Positions 49,793 to 61,300 are shown, counted from the stretch's first letter. The stretch is DNA of 64,000 bases from Calditrichaceae bacterium (GCA_050173015.1 JBFXLE010000003.1:1-64000); one strand, 5' to 3'. Notes: a model not told the origin generated them from the letters alone. Numbers and translations: made by a program.

Positions 49793-51409
49793 TCAAATTA
49801 ATTCCAGATCGAGTTCCTGAATTAATTTGGAAATTAATTCATCATTGGTTTTGATTTCATTGAATTTTTTTAATTTATCATTATCCCTGTTCTGCTCAGT
49901 TTTTACCTGATTCGGCTCATTGTGTTCCATTTCTTCGGGAGCTTCTATTTCGATATTCAGATTTGACCGGACTATTTTAGAGATCGTTTTTTCTATAAAT
50001 ATTTTATTTTTCTCTATGGTACTCAAATGGAACGGATTGGAATTTATAAAACATAATATAATTGTGTCATTTTTTATTTCAGATATTTCAAATGATTCGA
50101 ATGCCGTGGCGAGTGAAGGTTTTTTTGCATGAACCGCGTCAATAATCTGCTGCCATTTTTCTTTAACAACATCAATCATTTCAGCCGGTTTTTGCGCGGG
50201 CGGGTTATCTTGCGGTTTCTCGGAACCCGTGTTTATTGTGGGAGTTGATTCGAATGTTACTTCATTCCGGGCTTTTTTTTTTAACAGCTCCAATTTTTCA
50301 AGAATTTCCTCAATCCGGAGAGATGATGGCATTTTTGCCATTTTAATCAGCCCGAGTTCAAATTTGAGCTGAGGCTGTTGACTCCATTTGATGGTGTTTA
50401 ACGTTTCTGAAACAATTTGCAGATATCCAAGCGCGTCATTTTCATTTACAACTTTCGCCGCGTCACTATACCGTACCAAAAAATTCTCGGATACATCAAG
50501 CAGTTCCGTTGAACCCATGGTCCCCGCGATCAAAATATTTCTGAAATGCTCTTCAAGCCCCAGCAGAAATTCGTTTAAATCGTAGCCTGATGAAATGATC
50601 TCTTTAGTCAGAATAATCAGATCTTTCAGATTCCTGTTTCTGATATGTTCTGTGACTTCAAAAAACATATCAAGATTTATAACTCCAAGGGCCTGGGAAA
50701 CATGTTCAAACGTTATCTTATCTCCGCTGAATGAAATGATCTGATCCAGAACGCTTTGGGAATCTCTCATGGAACCATCCGCTTTTTTAGCGATCTGCAG
50801 CAAAGCTTCATCTTCCACCGTGATATTGTCAAGCTCACATATGTGCTTCAGATGTTCCATGATGGTCTTTAAAGGAATACGCTTAAAATCAAAGCGCTGG
50901 CAACGGGATAAAATCGTCGCCGGTACACGGTGAATTTCCGTTGTGGCGAATATAAACAACGCGTGGGATGGCGGTTCTTCAAGGGTTTTTAAAAGCGCGT
51001 TGAACGCTTCCTTGGTAAGCATGTGAACTTCATCGATGATATAGATACGATATTTTCCCAGCGTTGGTGAAAAACGGATATTTTCACGCAGGTTCCGGAT
51101 TTCATCAATACCTCGATTGGACGCGCCGTCAATCTCTAGGACATCCATTGAATTTCCCTTGTTGATTGACTGACAGGAGGGACATTCATTGCAGGGAGTG
51201 GGTGTCGGTCCTTTCTCACAATTGACTGCCTTGGCGAGTATTCTTGCCGTTGAAGTTTTTCCAACGCCACGAGGACCGGTAAAAATATAAGAATGTGCTA
51301 TGCGCTGATGGGCTATCGCATTGGATATGGTCTTGGATACATGTTCCTGACCGATAATCTCATCAAATTGCTGTGGACGCCATCTCCGGGCAATAACGAT
51401 GTATGACAC
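49793..51409 (-). CDS. dnaX: DNA polymerase III tau/gamma subunit
   Basis: RRWRPQ, GPRGVGKT, IIDEVHML, SRCQRF; GTG start with AGGAG RBS. Confidence 0.97.
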   Translation of the reverse strand: MSYIVIARRWRPQQFDEIIGQEHVSKTISNAIAHQRIAHSYIFTGPRGVGKTSTARILAKAVNCEKGPTPTPCNECPSCQSINKGNSMDVLEIDGASNRGIDEIRNLRENIRFSPTLGKYRIYIIDEVHMLTKEAFNALLKTLEEPPSHALFIFATTEIHRVPATILSRCQRFDFKRIPLKTIMEHLKHICELDNITVEDEALLQIAKKADGSMRDSQSVLDQIISFSGDKITFEHVSQALGVINLDMFFEVTEHIRNRNLKDLIILTKEIISSGYDLNEFLLGLEEHFRNILIAGTMGSTELLDVSENFLVRYSDAAKVVNENDALGYLQIVSETLNTIKWSQQPQLKFELGLIKMAKMPSSLRIEEILEKLELLKKKARNEVTFESTPTINTGSEKPQDNPPAQKPAEMIDVVKEKWQQIIDAVHAKKPSLATAFESFEISEIKNDTIILCFINSNPFHLSTIEKNKIFIEKTISKIVRSNLNIEIEAPEEMEHNEPNQVKTEQNRDNDKLKKFNEIKTNDELISKLIQELDLELI

Positions 51410-51427
51410 TTAGCACTCCTATGAAAA

Positions 51428-51524
51428 AGCCAGGTGAACCCACGGCACATAGTCCGAACGCTTACCGCTGCTTCCTTCCGGACCTGACGGGGTTGGGCGA
51501 TGTCCTATTGCGTGGGACCTGGCT
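51428..51524 (-). ncRNA. ffs: Small SRP RNA (4.5S)
   Basis: GTCAGGTCCGGAAGGAAGCAGC domain-IV motif; terminal AGCCAGGT/ACCTGGCT helix; upstream of dnaX. Confidence 0.95.
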
Positions 51525-51610
51525 AAATTATTAAGAGCAAAGACTATTGAGAAATGAAAATCCTTATGCTATATACCGCTTTTTTCTCTTTTTGTCTTCA
51601 TTCTTACCGG

Positions 51611-51683
51611 TGGAGCTGAGCGGGATCGAACCGCTGACCTATGCATTGCGAACGCATCGCTCTCCCAACTGAGCTACAGCCCC
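51611..51683 (-). tRNA. tRNA-Ala(CGC)
   Basis: GGGGCTGTAGCTCAGTTGGGAGAGC-G-ATGCG-TTCGCAA-TGCAT...GGTTCGATCC; G3:U70 pair; followed by CCG. Confidence 0.96.
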
Positions 51684-51758
51684 TCAAGAATTGCTAATTT
51701 AATTAAATCTGTTTTTACAGTCAATTATTTATTGAGCTTTTCGATGGACAATTTATAC

Positions 51759-51791
51759 AAAAAAAAAGGCAGATTTTATTCTGCCTTTTTT
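51759..51791. terminator. Terminator
   Basis: A9-GGCAGA...TCTGCC-T6. Confidence 0.8.
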
Positions 51792-51800
51792 GAAGGTCTG

Positions 51801-52898
51801 TTATCTTACCAAGAGCATTTTCCGCATTTGCGAATAATCCTTCGTTTCAAGCCTGTAGAAATAGACACCGCTTGCCAGGTTTGATCCATCAAAAAGTACT
51901 TCATGAGCTCCCGAGGCAATCCATCCGTTGACCAGTGTCCTGACTTCTTTTCCCAGTAAATCATATACTTTTAAACTTACCGTACCGGCAGCCGACAGTT
52001 CAAATCGAATGGCCGTCGCCGGATTGAAGGGATTTGGATAATTTTGCATCAAATTGTATGAATGAATTATAGACGGTTCAGGTTCTGTAACTGAGGTGGG
52101 GTCTGTGACGCGCATCGAAACATCATCCGCTTCGGTAAAATTCGGATTAGTCTCTCCTTCCGTACTTGAAACATCAGCAAGAAGCCCTTCATTTTCTGTA
52201 ATCCAAAAATATGAAATGTAGCGTGAAGTATCACTGAAAACGATGACACCATCTGATATAAAAAAAGTAAAATCAGTATCTTCAGTTCTTATCCTTAAGC
52301 AATCAAAAGTCCCCGCCGGTACATTTATCGTCCCCCAGGCATCAACTGTGGACGTACTGCTCGTTGAATCAATGATCTCGAACATATCCGGACTGGAAAA
52401 AGTATCTGCGTAATTACTGTTCCACGTTGTCCCCATGGATAAGGGGAATTGTAGAATCTTATCATAGGGAATATACTTCTGGATGTATGTGGTGTCCGGG
52501 TCAGAAGTTCCGCTGCCGAGCCCCAACAATTCAGTTGAAGTAAGATCCAGGTAGAAATAAACGCTAAACGTATCAAAAACCGAGAACCAGGCATGATCTG
52601 AACTCTGAAACTCCTGAGCAAAGGGAGTCGTTGAAGGATTTACAATAGTTGTGGTGTAGGTCTCACCGTTTGGAAAATCATTAAGAGTGAACGTCCAGGT
52701 CTGCGGCCCACCGGTTGTTCCAACATTTACGGGTATAGGCACATCTGTGCTCCCGACAAAATACTGATTAAAACTTTTCCCGAAGGTAATATCGTATTCA
52801 CTTTGATCAATCACTATTTGTGACCAACTTTTTCCGGGATTTAAAAGGAACAACATAATAAATACAAGAAAGATTGAATACCTGTAAACTTTGAACAT
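51801..52898 (-). CDS. Secreted Ser/Thr/Asp-rich protein with T9SS/FlgD-type C-terminal domain
   Basis: Signal peptide; VPAGTFDCLRI; QNYPNPFNP...LASGVYFYRL. Confidence 0.85.
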   Translation of the reverse strand: MFKVYRYSIFLVFIMLFLLNPGKSWSQIVIDQSEYDITFGKSFNQYFVGSTDVPIPVNVGTTGGPQTWTFTLNDFPNGETYTTTIVNPSTTPFAQEFQSSDHAWFSVFDTFSVYFYLDLTSTELLGLGSGTSDPDTTYIQKYIPYDKILQFPLSMGTTWNSNYADTFSSPDMFEIIDSTSSTSTVDAWGTINVPAGTFDCLRIRTEDTDFTFFISDGVIVFSDTSRYISYFWITENEGLLADVSSTEGETNPNFTEADDVSMRVTDPTSVTEPEPSIIHSYNLMQNYPNPFNPATAIRFELSAAGTVSLKVYDLLGKEVRTLVNGWIASGAHEVLFDGSNLASGVYFYRLETKDYSQMRKMLLVR

Positions 52899-53150
52899 AT
52901 TCCCCCCTTATTGATTGATTGAAAAACATTAAATCTGTTATTTATCTTTTATGAACGCTTTTACTTCAATACATAATAAAATTGGTATGGGGAAATCAGG
53001 TTTTTGTGAATTTGCAATTATTTCTTGATTAAAGATATAACAGTTTATTAATCTAAATTAATCCTTAGAATTAAATTGAATTGTAATTTATTTTCAGGTA
53101 AAAATATGCCCCGGGAAATCCACCGGGGCATAACGGGGAGTTCATCATAC

Positions 53151-55544
53151 TCAACTTTCGGGCACATTTTTTATAAGATTTTTCAACATAAGTCCGTAGA
53201 ACATTTCAAGATACCGGCGTGTTTCATCTCTTTCAAGATTCGTCACATACTTCCAGAATCCGTAAACCCTGGAAAGAGTCATTAATCGGGAAGCGTACAA
53301 TTTCCAGGTGTACCGGTCATCAACCCGTTGGATCCCCGCGTCAGAAATCTTATTCCAGTTTTTTGAATTTTTTTGACATTTTTTAAAGAAATCCAGCAGC
53401 ATTTCAGAAACTTCACTACCGTGGTTCGGATCTATATGAAAACCGGATTTTCCGTTTTCAATTATCTCCAGCGGCCCGCCATATTTAGTCGCGAAAGTTG
53501 GCAGCCCGGATGCCATGGCTTCAATAACTGTCAGACCAAATGCTTCAAAAAGAGCCGGCTGAACAAAAACACCGCCTTTATCAGCGATAAACCGGTAAAG
53601 TTCTCCCGTAAAATTTTTATCAAGCTGTTTACCTACCCAGCGTATGTTGCCGGTCAAATCATACTGCCCGATTAACTGATGAACCTGTTGAATCTGAAAT
53701 CGCTCCTCCTCATCACCGGAAAGCGCTTCATTAACGTACCCGGCCACAATAAATAGGTTTGCTTCATCCTGCAGTTTCTTATTCTGCCCATACCATTCAA
53801 CCAATCCGCTGATATTTTTAATATGATCCAGTCTCGACATGGCAAATATTATCGGTTTACCGGCATTATCTAATTTACCCGTCGCGTGTTCAGATTGATC
53901 TCCAAATATCATGTCCTCGATTTCGGGATGCAGTTCCATCAACCTTCTGTCCTTTTGCGTATGTGGAAAATACACATTGGCATCCGCTCCGGGAGAAACA
54001 ATATTGAATTTTGGATCAAAAACATCAATCCCATTTATAATTCTGTAAAGTCCCGGCATAGTGAATGAGCCGTAACTTTCGTACTGCCCGACCGAATTTT
54101 TGTTACCTGCTATTTCCTGATAGGTGCTGGTTATGATAAAATCCGCCGTATTCATCGCCATGAGATCCGCGGTAAACTGTGTAGAAAAATGATACTGCTC
54201 TTCGTTATGTTTCCAGTAGAGCGCTGAAAACAGATATTTTGTCTTCTCCAGCGCGTGGGCGATATTACACTGAGTTACTCCAAGACGCTGCGACAACAAA
54301 GAGGCCACCAAATTCCCGTCTGAATAATTTCCGATGATCAGATCCGGACGTCCCCCGAGTTCCGCGAGAAGTTCCTTCTCGGAATCAAGAGTAAATTGTT
54401 CAAGATAAGGCCAGACTTTGAATCTTGAAATCCAGTTCGGAACCACATTGCCATCCGCCTTCCGAAATGGTACACGCAGAATTTTTGCGTTTTCCGTGCC
54501 TATGATTTTCTCCTTCGGGATATTACAGGTGGTATCTCCGGCCTCCGGAATTAAGCGCGTGATGACAAGAATCTGCGGTTCAATATCAAGACCCTGTTCA
54601 TTGATGCGCAGTCGCATTTCTTTTTCGAGAGCTCTGACCTGATCCAGAATGTAGACCACCTGTCCGCCTGTATCCGGTAAACCAAGTACATTTGACTGCC
54701 CGAAATAACCATGTGGAGACAGAATAACGATATTGAATATCATGGGAATACGGCTTAAAAATTTTTCGAGATTTGTCGGCTCAGGCGCTTCAAGTATATC
54801 CGATAACAGGTTTAATGTATCGAGCATCCTGGATACATTGTTGCCCCAACCCGGTTCAAATCCCAGCGCCTGCATTTGTTCCCCTACCTGAGTCCATACG
54901 GCATCATCCGGTTGATTTTCCAGATATTCTTCCGCTTTGCGTAGGTTTTTTTGAAGCTCGCGTACATCACCGATAAAAGAATTTAGCATGAGCTGCTGTC
55001 CCTGGTATTGGTGAACCCTCAAAAAATCAAGCAGACGTTTGTCCCCTTTTTCAAGTTCCGAGAACAAACGATTGGAAAGATGCCTGTTCAGGTATTCAAC
55101 ACCACGGCCTAAATATCTTTTATCCTTTAGTCTCGGAAAACCTCTTCCAAACGGTTCAAGATCAAATTCAAGAACCCAATCATCATTACTCTGACCAGGC
55201 TCAACAATCCGTTCCTTAAAAGCTAAAAACTCCCTCTCGAGTATATACTCGTGCAATACATCATGTATATGGAAACGGACATATTCCCAACTCGCGATAT
55301 CGTCTCTTATGGCAAAATAGATCCAGGGGTCCTGAATAACCGCTTCCTGGGAGTTGAGAATCAAATTTTCTATAATGGTTTTTTTTAAGGCTATTCCCGC
55401 TTCTGTTTCTGAGTATTTATTAAACTCATCTATTAACTCCGATCTAAGTAAAAATGGTCTTGATAAATCAAGATACCTTCTAAATAGCAAATAAACTGAT
55501 TTCCGGTGTTCATCTATGGTTTTTTGAATCAAATTAATAGACAT
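53151..55544 (-). CDS. Sucrose synthase (GT4)
   Basis: [60 protein letters not shown]. Confidence 0.96.
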   Translation of the reverse strand: MSINLIQKTIDEHRKSVYLLFRRYLDLSRPFLLRSELIDEFNKYSETEAGIALKKTIIENLILNSQEAVIQDPWIYFAIRDDIASWEYVRFHIHDVLHEYILEREFLAFKERIVEPGQSNDDWVLEFDLEPFGRGFPRLKDKRYLGRGVEYLNRHLSNRLFSELEKGDKRLLDFLRVHQYQGQQLMLNSFIGDVRELQKNLRKAEEYLENQPDDAVWTQVGEQMQALGFEPGWGNNVSRMLDTLNLLSDILEAPEPTNLEKFLSRIPMIFNIVILSPHGYFGQSNVLGLPDTGGQVVYILDQVRALEKEMRLRINEQGLDIEPQILVITRLIPEAGDTTCNIPKEKIIGTENAKILRVPFRKADGNVVPNWISRFKVWPYLEQFTLDSEKELLAELGGRPDLIIGNYSDGNLVASLLSQRLGVTQCNIAHALEKTKYLFSALYWKHNEEQYHFSTQFTADLMAMNTADFIITSTYQEIAGNKNSVGQYESYGSFTMPGLYRIINGIDVFDPKFNIVSPGADANVYFPHTQKDRRLMELHPEIEDMIFGDQSEHATGKLDNAGKPIIFAMSRLDHIKNISGLVEWYGQNKKLQDEANLFIVAGYVNEALSGDEEERFQIQQVHQLIGQYDLTGNIRWVGKQLDKNFTGELYRFIADKGGVFVQPALFEAFGLTVIEAMASGLPTFATKYGGPLEIIENGKSGFHIDPNHGSEVSEMLLDFFKKCQKNSKNWNKISDAGIQRVDDRYTWKLYASRLMTLSRVYGFWKYVTNLERDETRRYLEMFYGLMLKNLIKNVPES

Positions 55545-57699
55545 TTTCCTCTCCCGTTTTTATCTGTTCTCCAAAAAAATTATAGTGCTTAATCCCTTCT
55601 AATATCCCTCGCGCGTAAGTATTTTCAGCAAAATATATCCTTGGTTTTCCGTAAAGCCGCTTAAGTTCTGAGCTAAAATTCCCCACAACAACTCCCAGCA
55701 TATTACCTCTTAACATTTCTTCATCATTTCCCGAATCACCGGCAACCAGTATTCGTTCAGGCGGTAAACCCCATTTCATCGCCAGATATCTGACCGCAAG
55801 GCCTTTTGAAGCGCGGATTGGCAAGATATCAAGATAAGCATTGTGGGAAAGAATAACTTTTACGCGCAGCTTGTGTTTCCTCAAATGGCTGATAATTTTG
55901 TTTCTACCGGGGGCGTTTTTGGGATCCAGATAGTAACTGATTTTATATTTTCTCTGGTCAATGTCCGGCTGTAATCTCAAACCCGCGAGTTCGCCCAGCG
56001 CCTCTCTTATTAATTCGGGTTTCCAATAATACTTCAAATGGTGTGACCAGGTGCGGTCTTCGACTTTTTCGGGACCATAGTTTATTTCACTTCCAACAGA
56101 GGTGATAAATACATCAGGTATCGGAAGACCCCACTCCGAAAGCACTTCGATGGCGCTTTCCAACCGTCTTCCCGTCGCGATGCCAAGCCCCGCATGTTCT
56201 CCGTGTATTTTCAGATATTCAATAAATTCTTTCAGAGCCTCCGCGTCTCCCAACAGTGTATTATCAATATCCGTGATGATCATCCTGTCGACCATCGGCA
56301 AACGACTTTTCGAAAGCCTCATGACATTCCGTTTATAAGCTTTTTTATTAAGAATTTTATCTGTCATCATTAGATATTTTTTTACATGACTACTCCACGA
56401 ATAGTGTTTTTTCACACCTTTTAAACCATTTTTGGAATAAATTTTCCACTGATGCCTGTCTTCAATCACTGACTGAATCGAAATTCCCATTTTCTCCGGA
56501 TCAAGAGGATCAACAAGCACTCCGTTTCCACAATTTCTGATAATGTCATTCGGGCCGCCGTCATTTGTGGCCACTACAGGCAAACCGCTCGCGGCAGCTT
56601 CGATAATAGTAAGTCCGAATGGCTCGGTCAGGGCCGGATTAACAAATACCCCTTTTGATTTAGCCGCCATTCTGTAAATTTCAGGCACATCTTCGGGAGC
56701 GTGATTTTTAGGATAAGCCACTTTTCCATACAGGTTATATTTATCAATAAGCAGCAGAATATTGGTAAGAACTTTTCGCGATCCCTTTTCAAGGGATTTT
56801 ATATCATTTCGGTTGCCGGCAATAATAACAAGATTTGTATTGTTTCGCAAATATTCATTTCCGGCATACGCGTGAATAAGCGTCTCAATATTTTTTCTTT
56901 CATCGGCTCTCGACATGGCCAGAATCAAAGGTTTTTTTCTGTCGGAAAGAAACTTATTTATATCCCCTGTAATTGTTGATACCACCCCGGCAGGAGCAGA
57001 AGGTGAAAATTTCTCCAAATCAACACCGGGTGGTATGACAACCATCCTTTCAGGCGAGTAATTTTCATACAATTTATACTGTTCTTCCACTTCCTGAGCG
57101 GTGCTGGTCACAACGCGCGCGGCGGTATCGAGCGCGAATTCTTCCGCATCGATCCGGTGACTTATATTGTAGCGAGCTTCCATTTTCGGCATAATCATGC
57201 CCTTTTCCCCCAAATGCTCCTTTTTTATTCTTCCCAGGGAATGGCCGGTGAAAAGGAAAGGCACGCCAAGCAGACGGGATATCTGCGCGCCAACATAACC
57301 GGCATCCGCATAATGCCCGTGAATAATATCCGGGACCTTACCCGCGCGCCGGATGTACTGTACCGCCTGATCGGAGAACCCGTCCAGATAGTTCCATAGT
57401 ACTTCTTTTCTTAAATATCGTCTGGGGCCGCAGGGTATTCTGACGATATTGGCCTTTTCTGATATTTTTTCCATCTGCCGGCTGTATATTTCATCCACTT
57501 TGCTATCGGTAATTTGTCTTGTAAGCAGATCCACCCGCCGGACACGCGGGTCTTTAGAAAGAGCCCGAGCAAATTCCACCACATATTTTATCTGTCCGCC
57601 GGTATCCGCGTCACGTCCTAATTCCGGACTTTGCCCTTTGACAAGCCCGTGAATACTTATTAGCAAAATATACAGATCACCCGCCGTATTGGTCGTCAT
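55534..57699 (-). CDS. Sucrose-phosphate synthase with C-terminal HAD (SPP-like) domain
   Basis: [58 protein letters not shown] at 57699 overlaps pfkB TGA. Confidence 0.95.
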   Translation of the reverse strand: MTTNTAGDLYILLISIHGLVKGQSPELGRDADTGGQIKYVVEFARALSKDPRVRRVDLLTRQITDSKVDEIYSRQMEKISEKANIVRIPCGPRRYLRKEVLWNYLDGFSDQAVQYIRRAGKVPDIIHGHYADAGYVGAQISRLLGVPFLFTGHSLGRIKKEHLGEKGMIMPKMEARYNISHRIDAEEFALDTAARVVTSTAQEVEEQYKLYENYSPERMVVIPPGVDLEKFSPSAPAGVVSTITGDINKFLSDRKKPLILAMSRADERKNIETLIHAYAGNEYLRNNTNLVIIAGNRNDIKSLEKGSRKVLTNILLLIDKYNLYGKVAYPKNHAPEDVPEIYRMAAKSKGVFVNPALTEPFGLTIIEAAASGLPVVATNDGGPNDIIRNCGNGVLVDPLDPEKMGISIQSVIEDRHQWKIYSKNGLKGVKKHYSWSSHVKKYLMMTDKILNKKAYKRNVMRLSKSRLPMVDRMIITDIDNTLLGDAEALKEFIEYLKIHGEHAGLGIATGRRLESAIEVLSEWGLPIPDVFITSVGSEINYGPEKVEDRTWSHHLKYYWKPELIREALGELAGLRLQPDIDQRKYKISYYLDPKNAPGRNKIISHLRKHKLRVKVILSHNAYLDILPIRASKGLAVRYLAMKWGLPPERILVAGDSGNDEEMLRGNMLGVVVGNFSSELKRLYGKPRIYFAENTYARGILEGIKHYNFFGEQIKTGEENVY

Positions 57700-58595
57700 T
57701 TTGCCCCCCATAAATCATTTTTCGATTGATAAAGTTCATGATTTTCTGTGGTCGCTCCTCTTATCCGGCAGATCTCCGCCGCAAATTCGGAAGCCCTGTC
57801 CAAAATTTGCTGCGCGTTCCATTTTTTTAGCAGCCCCATAATGGTCACCGCCGCAAATGCGTCTCCTGCTCCAACCGTATCGACCAATGCGTCAACCGGA
57901 TTCGGAACCGCGAAATAAACATCACCGTTTTTTTGGATTAACATGGCGCCCTCGCTGCCCATGGTCACTACAATGCCTGTCAAATTAAAATATTCGATCA
58001 TCCGGAACGCCTGCTTTTCTCTTGTATTTTCCACCGCGTCTATCATCAGGCTGATTTCTTTCAGTTCGTGTTCATTACACTTTAACCAATCCGTATCATG
58101 TAATTCATCCAGAATTATTTCTTTTTCCCACCATGGAGCGCGCAGATTTACATCAAAAAAAACGTCTGACGATGACTTTTTTTTCAATTCAGCAAGCGCA
58201 AACCTTGATTTTTCATTCCGCAAAGCAAGTGACCCGTGATAAAGAATGGTCTGACCTGCATTTTGAATAACCTTGGATGCCGGCGGGTTTATGAAATCAT
58301 AGGCCTGATCTGATTCAATAGTGTACCTCGGTTCATTATCATGCATCCCGACACTTACCCTGCCGGTTGGATACTCACTATCAGTCTGAACTCCGCTTTT
58401 ATTCATACCCCAGGAATCCATTTTTTTTAAAACTTCTGATCCCAAATTGTCTCTTCCAATCCGGCTTATGAAAATCGGATGATTACCGAAGCCGTTCAAA
58501 TGCCAGGCCACATTGAAAGGAGCCCCTCCAAGAACAGAATGATTCGATTCAAATATATCAAATAGCACTTCTCCAAATATGATCGGTGTCTGCAA
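57696..58595 (-). CDS. PfkB-family kinase, probable fructokinase
   Basis: GEVLFD, GGAPFNVA, DVNLR, DTVGAGDAF; in operon with SPS and SuSy. Confidence 0.9.
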   Translation of the reverse strand: MQTPIIFGEVLFDIFESNHSVLGGAPFNVAWHLNGFGNHPIFISRIGRDNLGSEVLKKMDSWGMNKSGVQTDSEYPTGRVSVGMHDNEPRYTIESDQAYDFINPPASKVIQNAGQTILYHGSLALRNEKSRFALAELKKKSSSDVFFDVNLRAPWWEKEIILDELHDTDWLKCNEHELKEISLMIDAVENTREKQAFRMIEYFNLTGIVVTMGSEGAMLIQKNGDVYFAVPNPVDALVDTVGAGDAFAAVTIMGLLKKWNAQQILDRASEFAAEICRIRGATTENHELYQSKNDLWGAK

Positions 58596-58786
58596 ATTAT
58601 CACCCCATTGTATTAATGGATATTAGTTTTCTTATTTTTGATTGAAAGAATAATAGTCACGTATGGTTAAAAAATGATAAATTAGTTTATAAAAATCAAG
58701 TGTTTAAGGGATAATTTTGAATATCGCTATACGATTCGGACAAAACAATCGACATTGAGGGGGATAATAAAATTCCGGTTAACAAA

Positions 58787-58817
58787 ATAAAAACGGAGGG
58801 ATGCCCCTCCGTTTTAT
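58787..58817. terminator. Terminator after qNOR
   Basis: AAAACGGAGGG-ATGC-CCCTCCGTTTT. Confidence 0.75.
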
Positions 58818-58824
58818 GTTAATT

Positions 58825-61041
58825 TTACGCTTTTTTTGTAAATAATGTTTTATTTAATGAATCAATAAATACCAGGGCGGCTCCTAATATGAGCATCGTA
58901 TCCGGTACAAGACGAATCCACATCCAGAATCCCATGCTTTCGAGTGTCTCCCTGCTTCGGGCGGCGTAATAACCAAGCTCCGAGGCAACTTTCGCCTGTT
59001 CAAACCCGATAACAAGCGTCGGGACCGTGTAGAGTACAATTCCGACGGTTACCAGCCAGAATCCCCAGCGGCTTAATGTTTCTTTCCATACCAACCCTTT
59101 GGCCATGGCATTGGCTCTTGCCGTAATATAAATAAACGCGATTGAAATATAACCGAACGCGCCGAGCATTGCCACATGACCGTGAGGCATAATCAAATAA
59201 GTACCATGGGCATAATAGTTAACTTCAGGTGTATTAATTACCATTCCCAGAAATCCCGCGCCAAACCAGTTCAGAATAGCCGAACCGGTCAACCACATAA
59301 ATGGGGTTTTAAAGGCAAAATCAGTCCCTTCCGTCTGTATCTTTTTGTACTCTTTCCAGGCTTCAATCATCAGCACAACCAACGGTACCGGCTCCAGAGC
59401 TGAGAAGGTGCTGCCAATGGCGATCCAGTATTGATCCGTTCCCTGCCACCAAACATGATGTCCCACTCCGAGTGTACCCGAGAGCGCGACCAGAAACAAT
59501 TCGAACAACATAATACGTTCTGCTGTTTTTCTCGGCACCAGACCCAGCACGACGGTTAAATATGCCAGGACACCGGCCGCAAAGAGTTCAAATGTCAACT
59601 CAACCCATAGATGGACAACCCACCAGCGATAATAATCGTCAATAGTGAAATTGGGCATTATTTTGTGTACCGGAGCCATACCAGCCATATACAAAGTGGC
59701 GATACCAAAGGCGGACCATATAATTGTCCCGACCATTACATTGTTGGTTTTTGCCTTGCGGATGGTCGTGTACACCATGAAAAACCAGAGTACAAGTCCC
59801 ACTACAAGACCGATATCCCAAACGCGGCCAAGGTTGAGGTATTCACGTCCCTCATTTCCTAACCAGAACCATACTTCACGCAGTTCACCGGTCGCGCCCA
59901 TATAAATACCATATAACCCACCGGCGCCTACAACCAGCAATGCAAGCCATAATACATCCACCAGCCATGGGAATCTTAAATCTTCTTTTCCGACGAGAGG
60001 CGCGATAAACATACCCCCAACAAGCCAGCCGATTGTCACCCAGATGATGGCGATATTGACATGCAGTGCGCGCATGACATTAAACGGCAGGATATTTTGA
60101 GAAATTATGAAATCATTTGCCGGATCCGTATAAATATGAGCAATATATCCACCAAGAATGACCTGCAATAGGAAAAACAGCGTTACTACCGGAACATATT
60201 TAAGAAGTTTTTCTTGTGACGGAAATATTTTCTCAATGATGAGCGGAGGTTCAGGCTGCTCATTTTTATCACGTTTTATGACATATTCATAGAGCAGATA
60301 AAATACAATTATCGTCAGCGTCCAGAGAAGTAGCAGCTGAATTAACGACCAGAATACATTAGTCCAGCTTGAATCCTGATCAACCAGCGGTTCGTGAGGC
60401 CAGTTATTCGACCAGGTATAATCCGTTCCCGGTCGGATAGATGAAGAGACCATTTGAGACCAATCCACGAATGCGGCAATTTTAACCGCTTCATCTGTTC
60501 TGATCACTCCACCGGTAAATCCTTTTTCTCTGTTTCCATTAACCAGAAAATCGACCAGATATTCAACATTTGCTTTATAAGCGGCAGTTGAAGCAACGGT
60601 ATAGACCACTCTTTCTTCCGTTAATGATGTTTTTTCGCGAAAATCGTTTTTAACTCTGACCTTCACCGCGCCCAGTTGTTCTTCAGTTAATGAAGACATC
60701 GGAGCACCATACATTTCCTTACCATAATAGTCATAAAGAAATTCGGCGCGTTTATGAAAAAATTCTGATGTAAAATCCGGACCAAGATACGCTCCCATAC
60801 CCAATAGCGTGCCGTAATCCATTAAATCAAATTGTTGAAAGTACCCCTTACCTTCAACGATATCATCGTATGAATAAAGGACCTCTCCGGATTCGGAGAC
60901 AACCTGTTCCGGTATCGGAGGAACTTCTTTCACAAGTCCGGCTGAATAATAAATAAGCGCAGCCACCATAATGATCGCGATAAACCAGAACGACGTATAG
61001 AGCCCCTTCCTGCTCATCAGCCGCTCAATAAAATTGTTCAT
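58825..61041 (-). CDS. Quinol-dependent nitric oxide reductase (qNOR, single subunit)
   Basis: GAYLGPDFT, WWVVHLWVE, GHH, SALEP, HGH; start at M11 of track ORF (GGAGG RBS). Confidence 0.88.
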   Translation of the reverse strand: MNNFIERLMSRKGLYTSFWFIAIIMVAALIYYSAGLVKEVPPIPEQVVSESGEVLYSYDDIVEGKGYFQQFDLMDYGTLLGMGAYLGPDFTSEFFHKRAEFLYDYYGKEMYGAPMSSLTEEQLGAVKVRVKNDFREKTSLTEERVVYTVASTAAYKANVEYLVDFLVNGNREKGFTGGVIRTDEAVKIAAFVDWSQMVSSSIRPGTDYTWSNNWPHEPLVDQDSSWTNVFWSLIQLLLLWTLTIIVFYLLYEYVIKRDKNEQPEPPLIIEKIFPSQEKLLKYVPVVTLFFLLQVILGGYIAHIYTDPANDFIISQNILPFNVMRALHVNIAIIWVTIGWLVGGMFIAPLVGKEDLRFPWLVDVLWLALLVVGAGGLYGIYMGATGELREVWFWLGNEGREYLNLGRVWDIGLVVGLVLWFFMVYTTIRKAKTNNVMVGTIIWSAFGIATLYMAGMAPVHKIMPNFTIDDYYRWWVVHLWVELTFELFAAGVLAYLTVVLGLVPRKTAERIMLFELFLVALSGTLGVGHHVWWQGTDQYWIAIGSTFSALEPVPLVVLMIEAWKEYKKIQTEGTDFAFKTPFMWLTGSAILNWFGAGFLGMVINTPEVNYYAHGTYLIMPHGHVAMLGAFGYISIAFIYITARANAMAKGLVWKETLSRWGFWLVTVGIVLYTVPTLVIGFEQAKVASELGYYAARSRETLESMGFWMWIRLVPDTMLILGAALVFIDSLNKTLFTKKA

Positions 61042-61300
61042 AAAACCTCCAGTTTGTAATTCTACCTTCATGTGGTATATGTGTTAAAAAAAATACTACC
61101 TTCACCATGTGCTATGTGACGGTAGTATATACATGCAAAAAAATATTGTTTTTAATTACCACCAACGAGTGGGAATATACAAACATATCATATTACATGC
61201 AAAAAAATAGATATATTTTCTGATTTTATTGAAATCGAATGATTAAATTATTGAGCGGTGGGTTATTTTAGGACTTGTTTAAAATCGAAAATCTGTCTGA

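Noticed and set aside
51410-51418. TTAGCACTC half-CIRCE at the dnaX start
   Set aside because: There is no second arm; it is the complement of the RBS region AGGAGTGCTAA before GTG
58825-61041. Nitric oxide dismutase (Nod)
   Set aside because: It keeps the HH pair, the SALE glutamate and the probable quinol-site residues that Nod replaces
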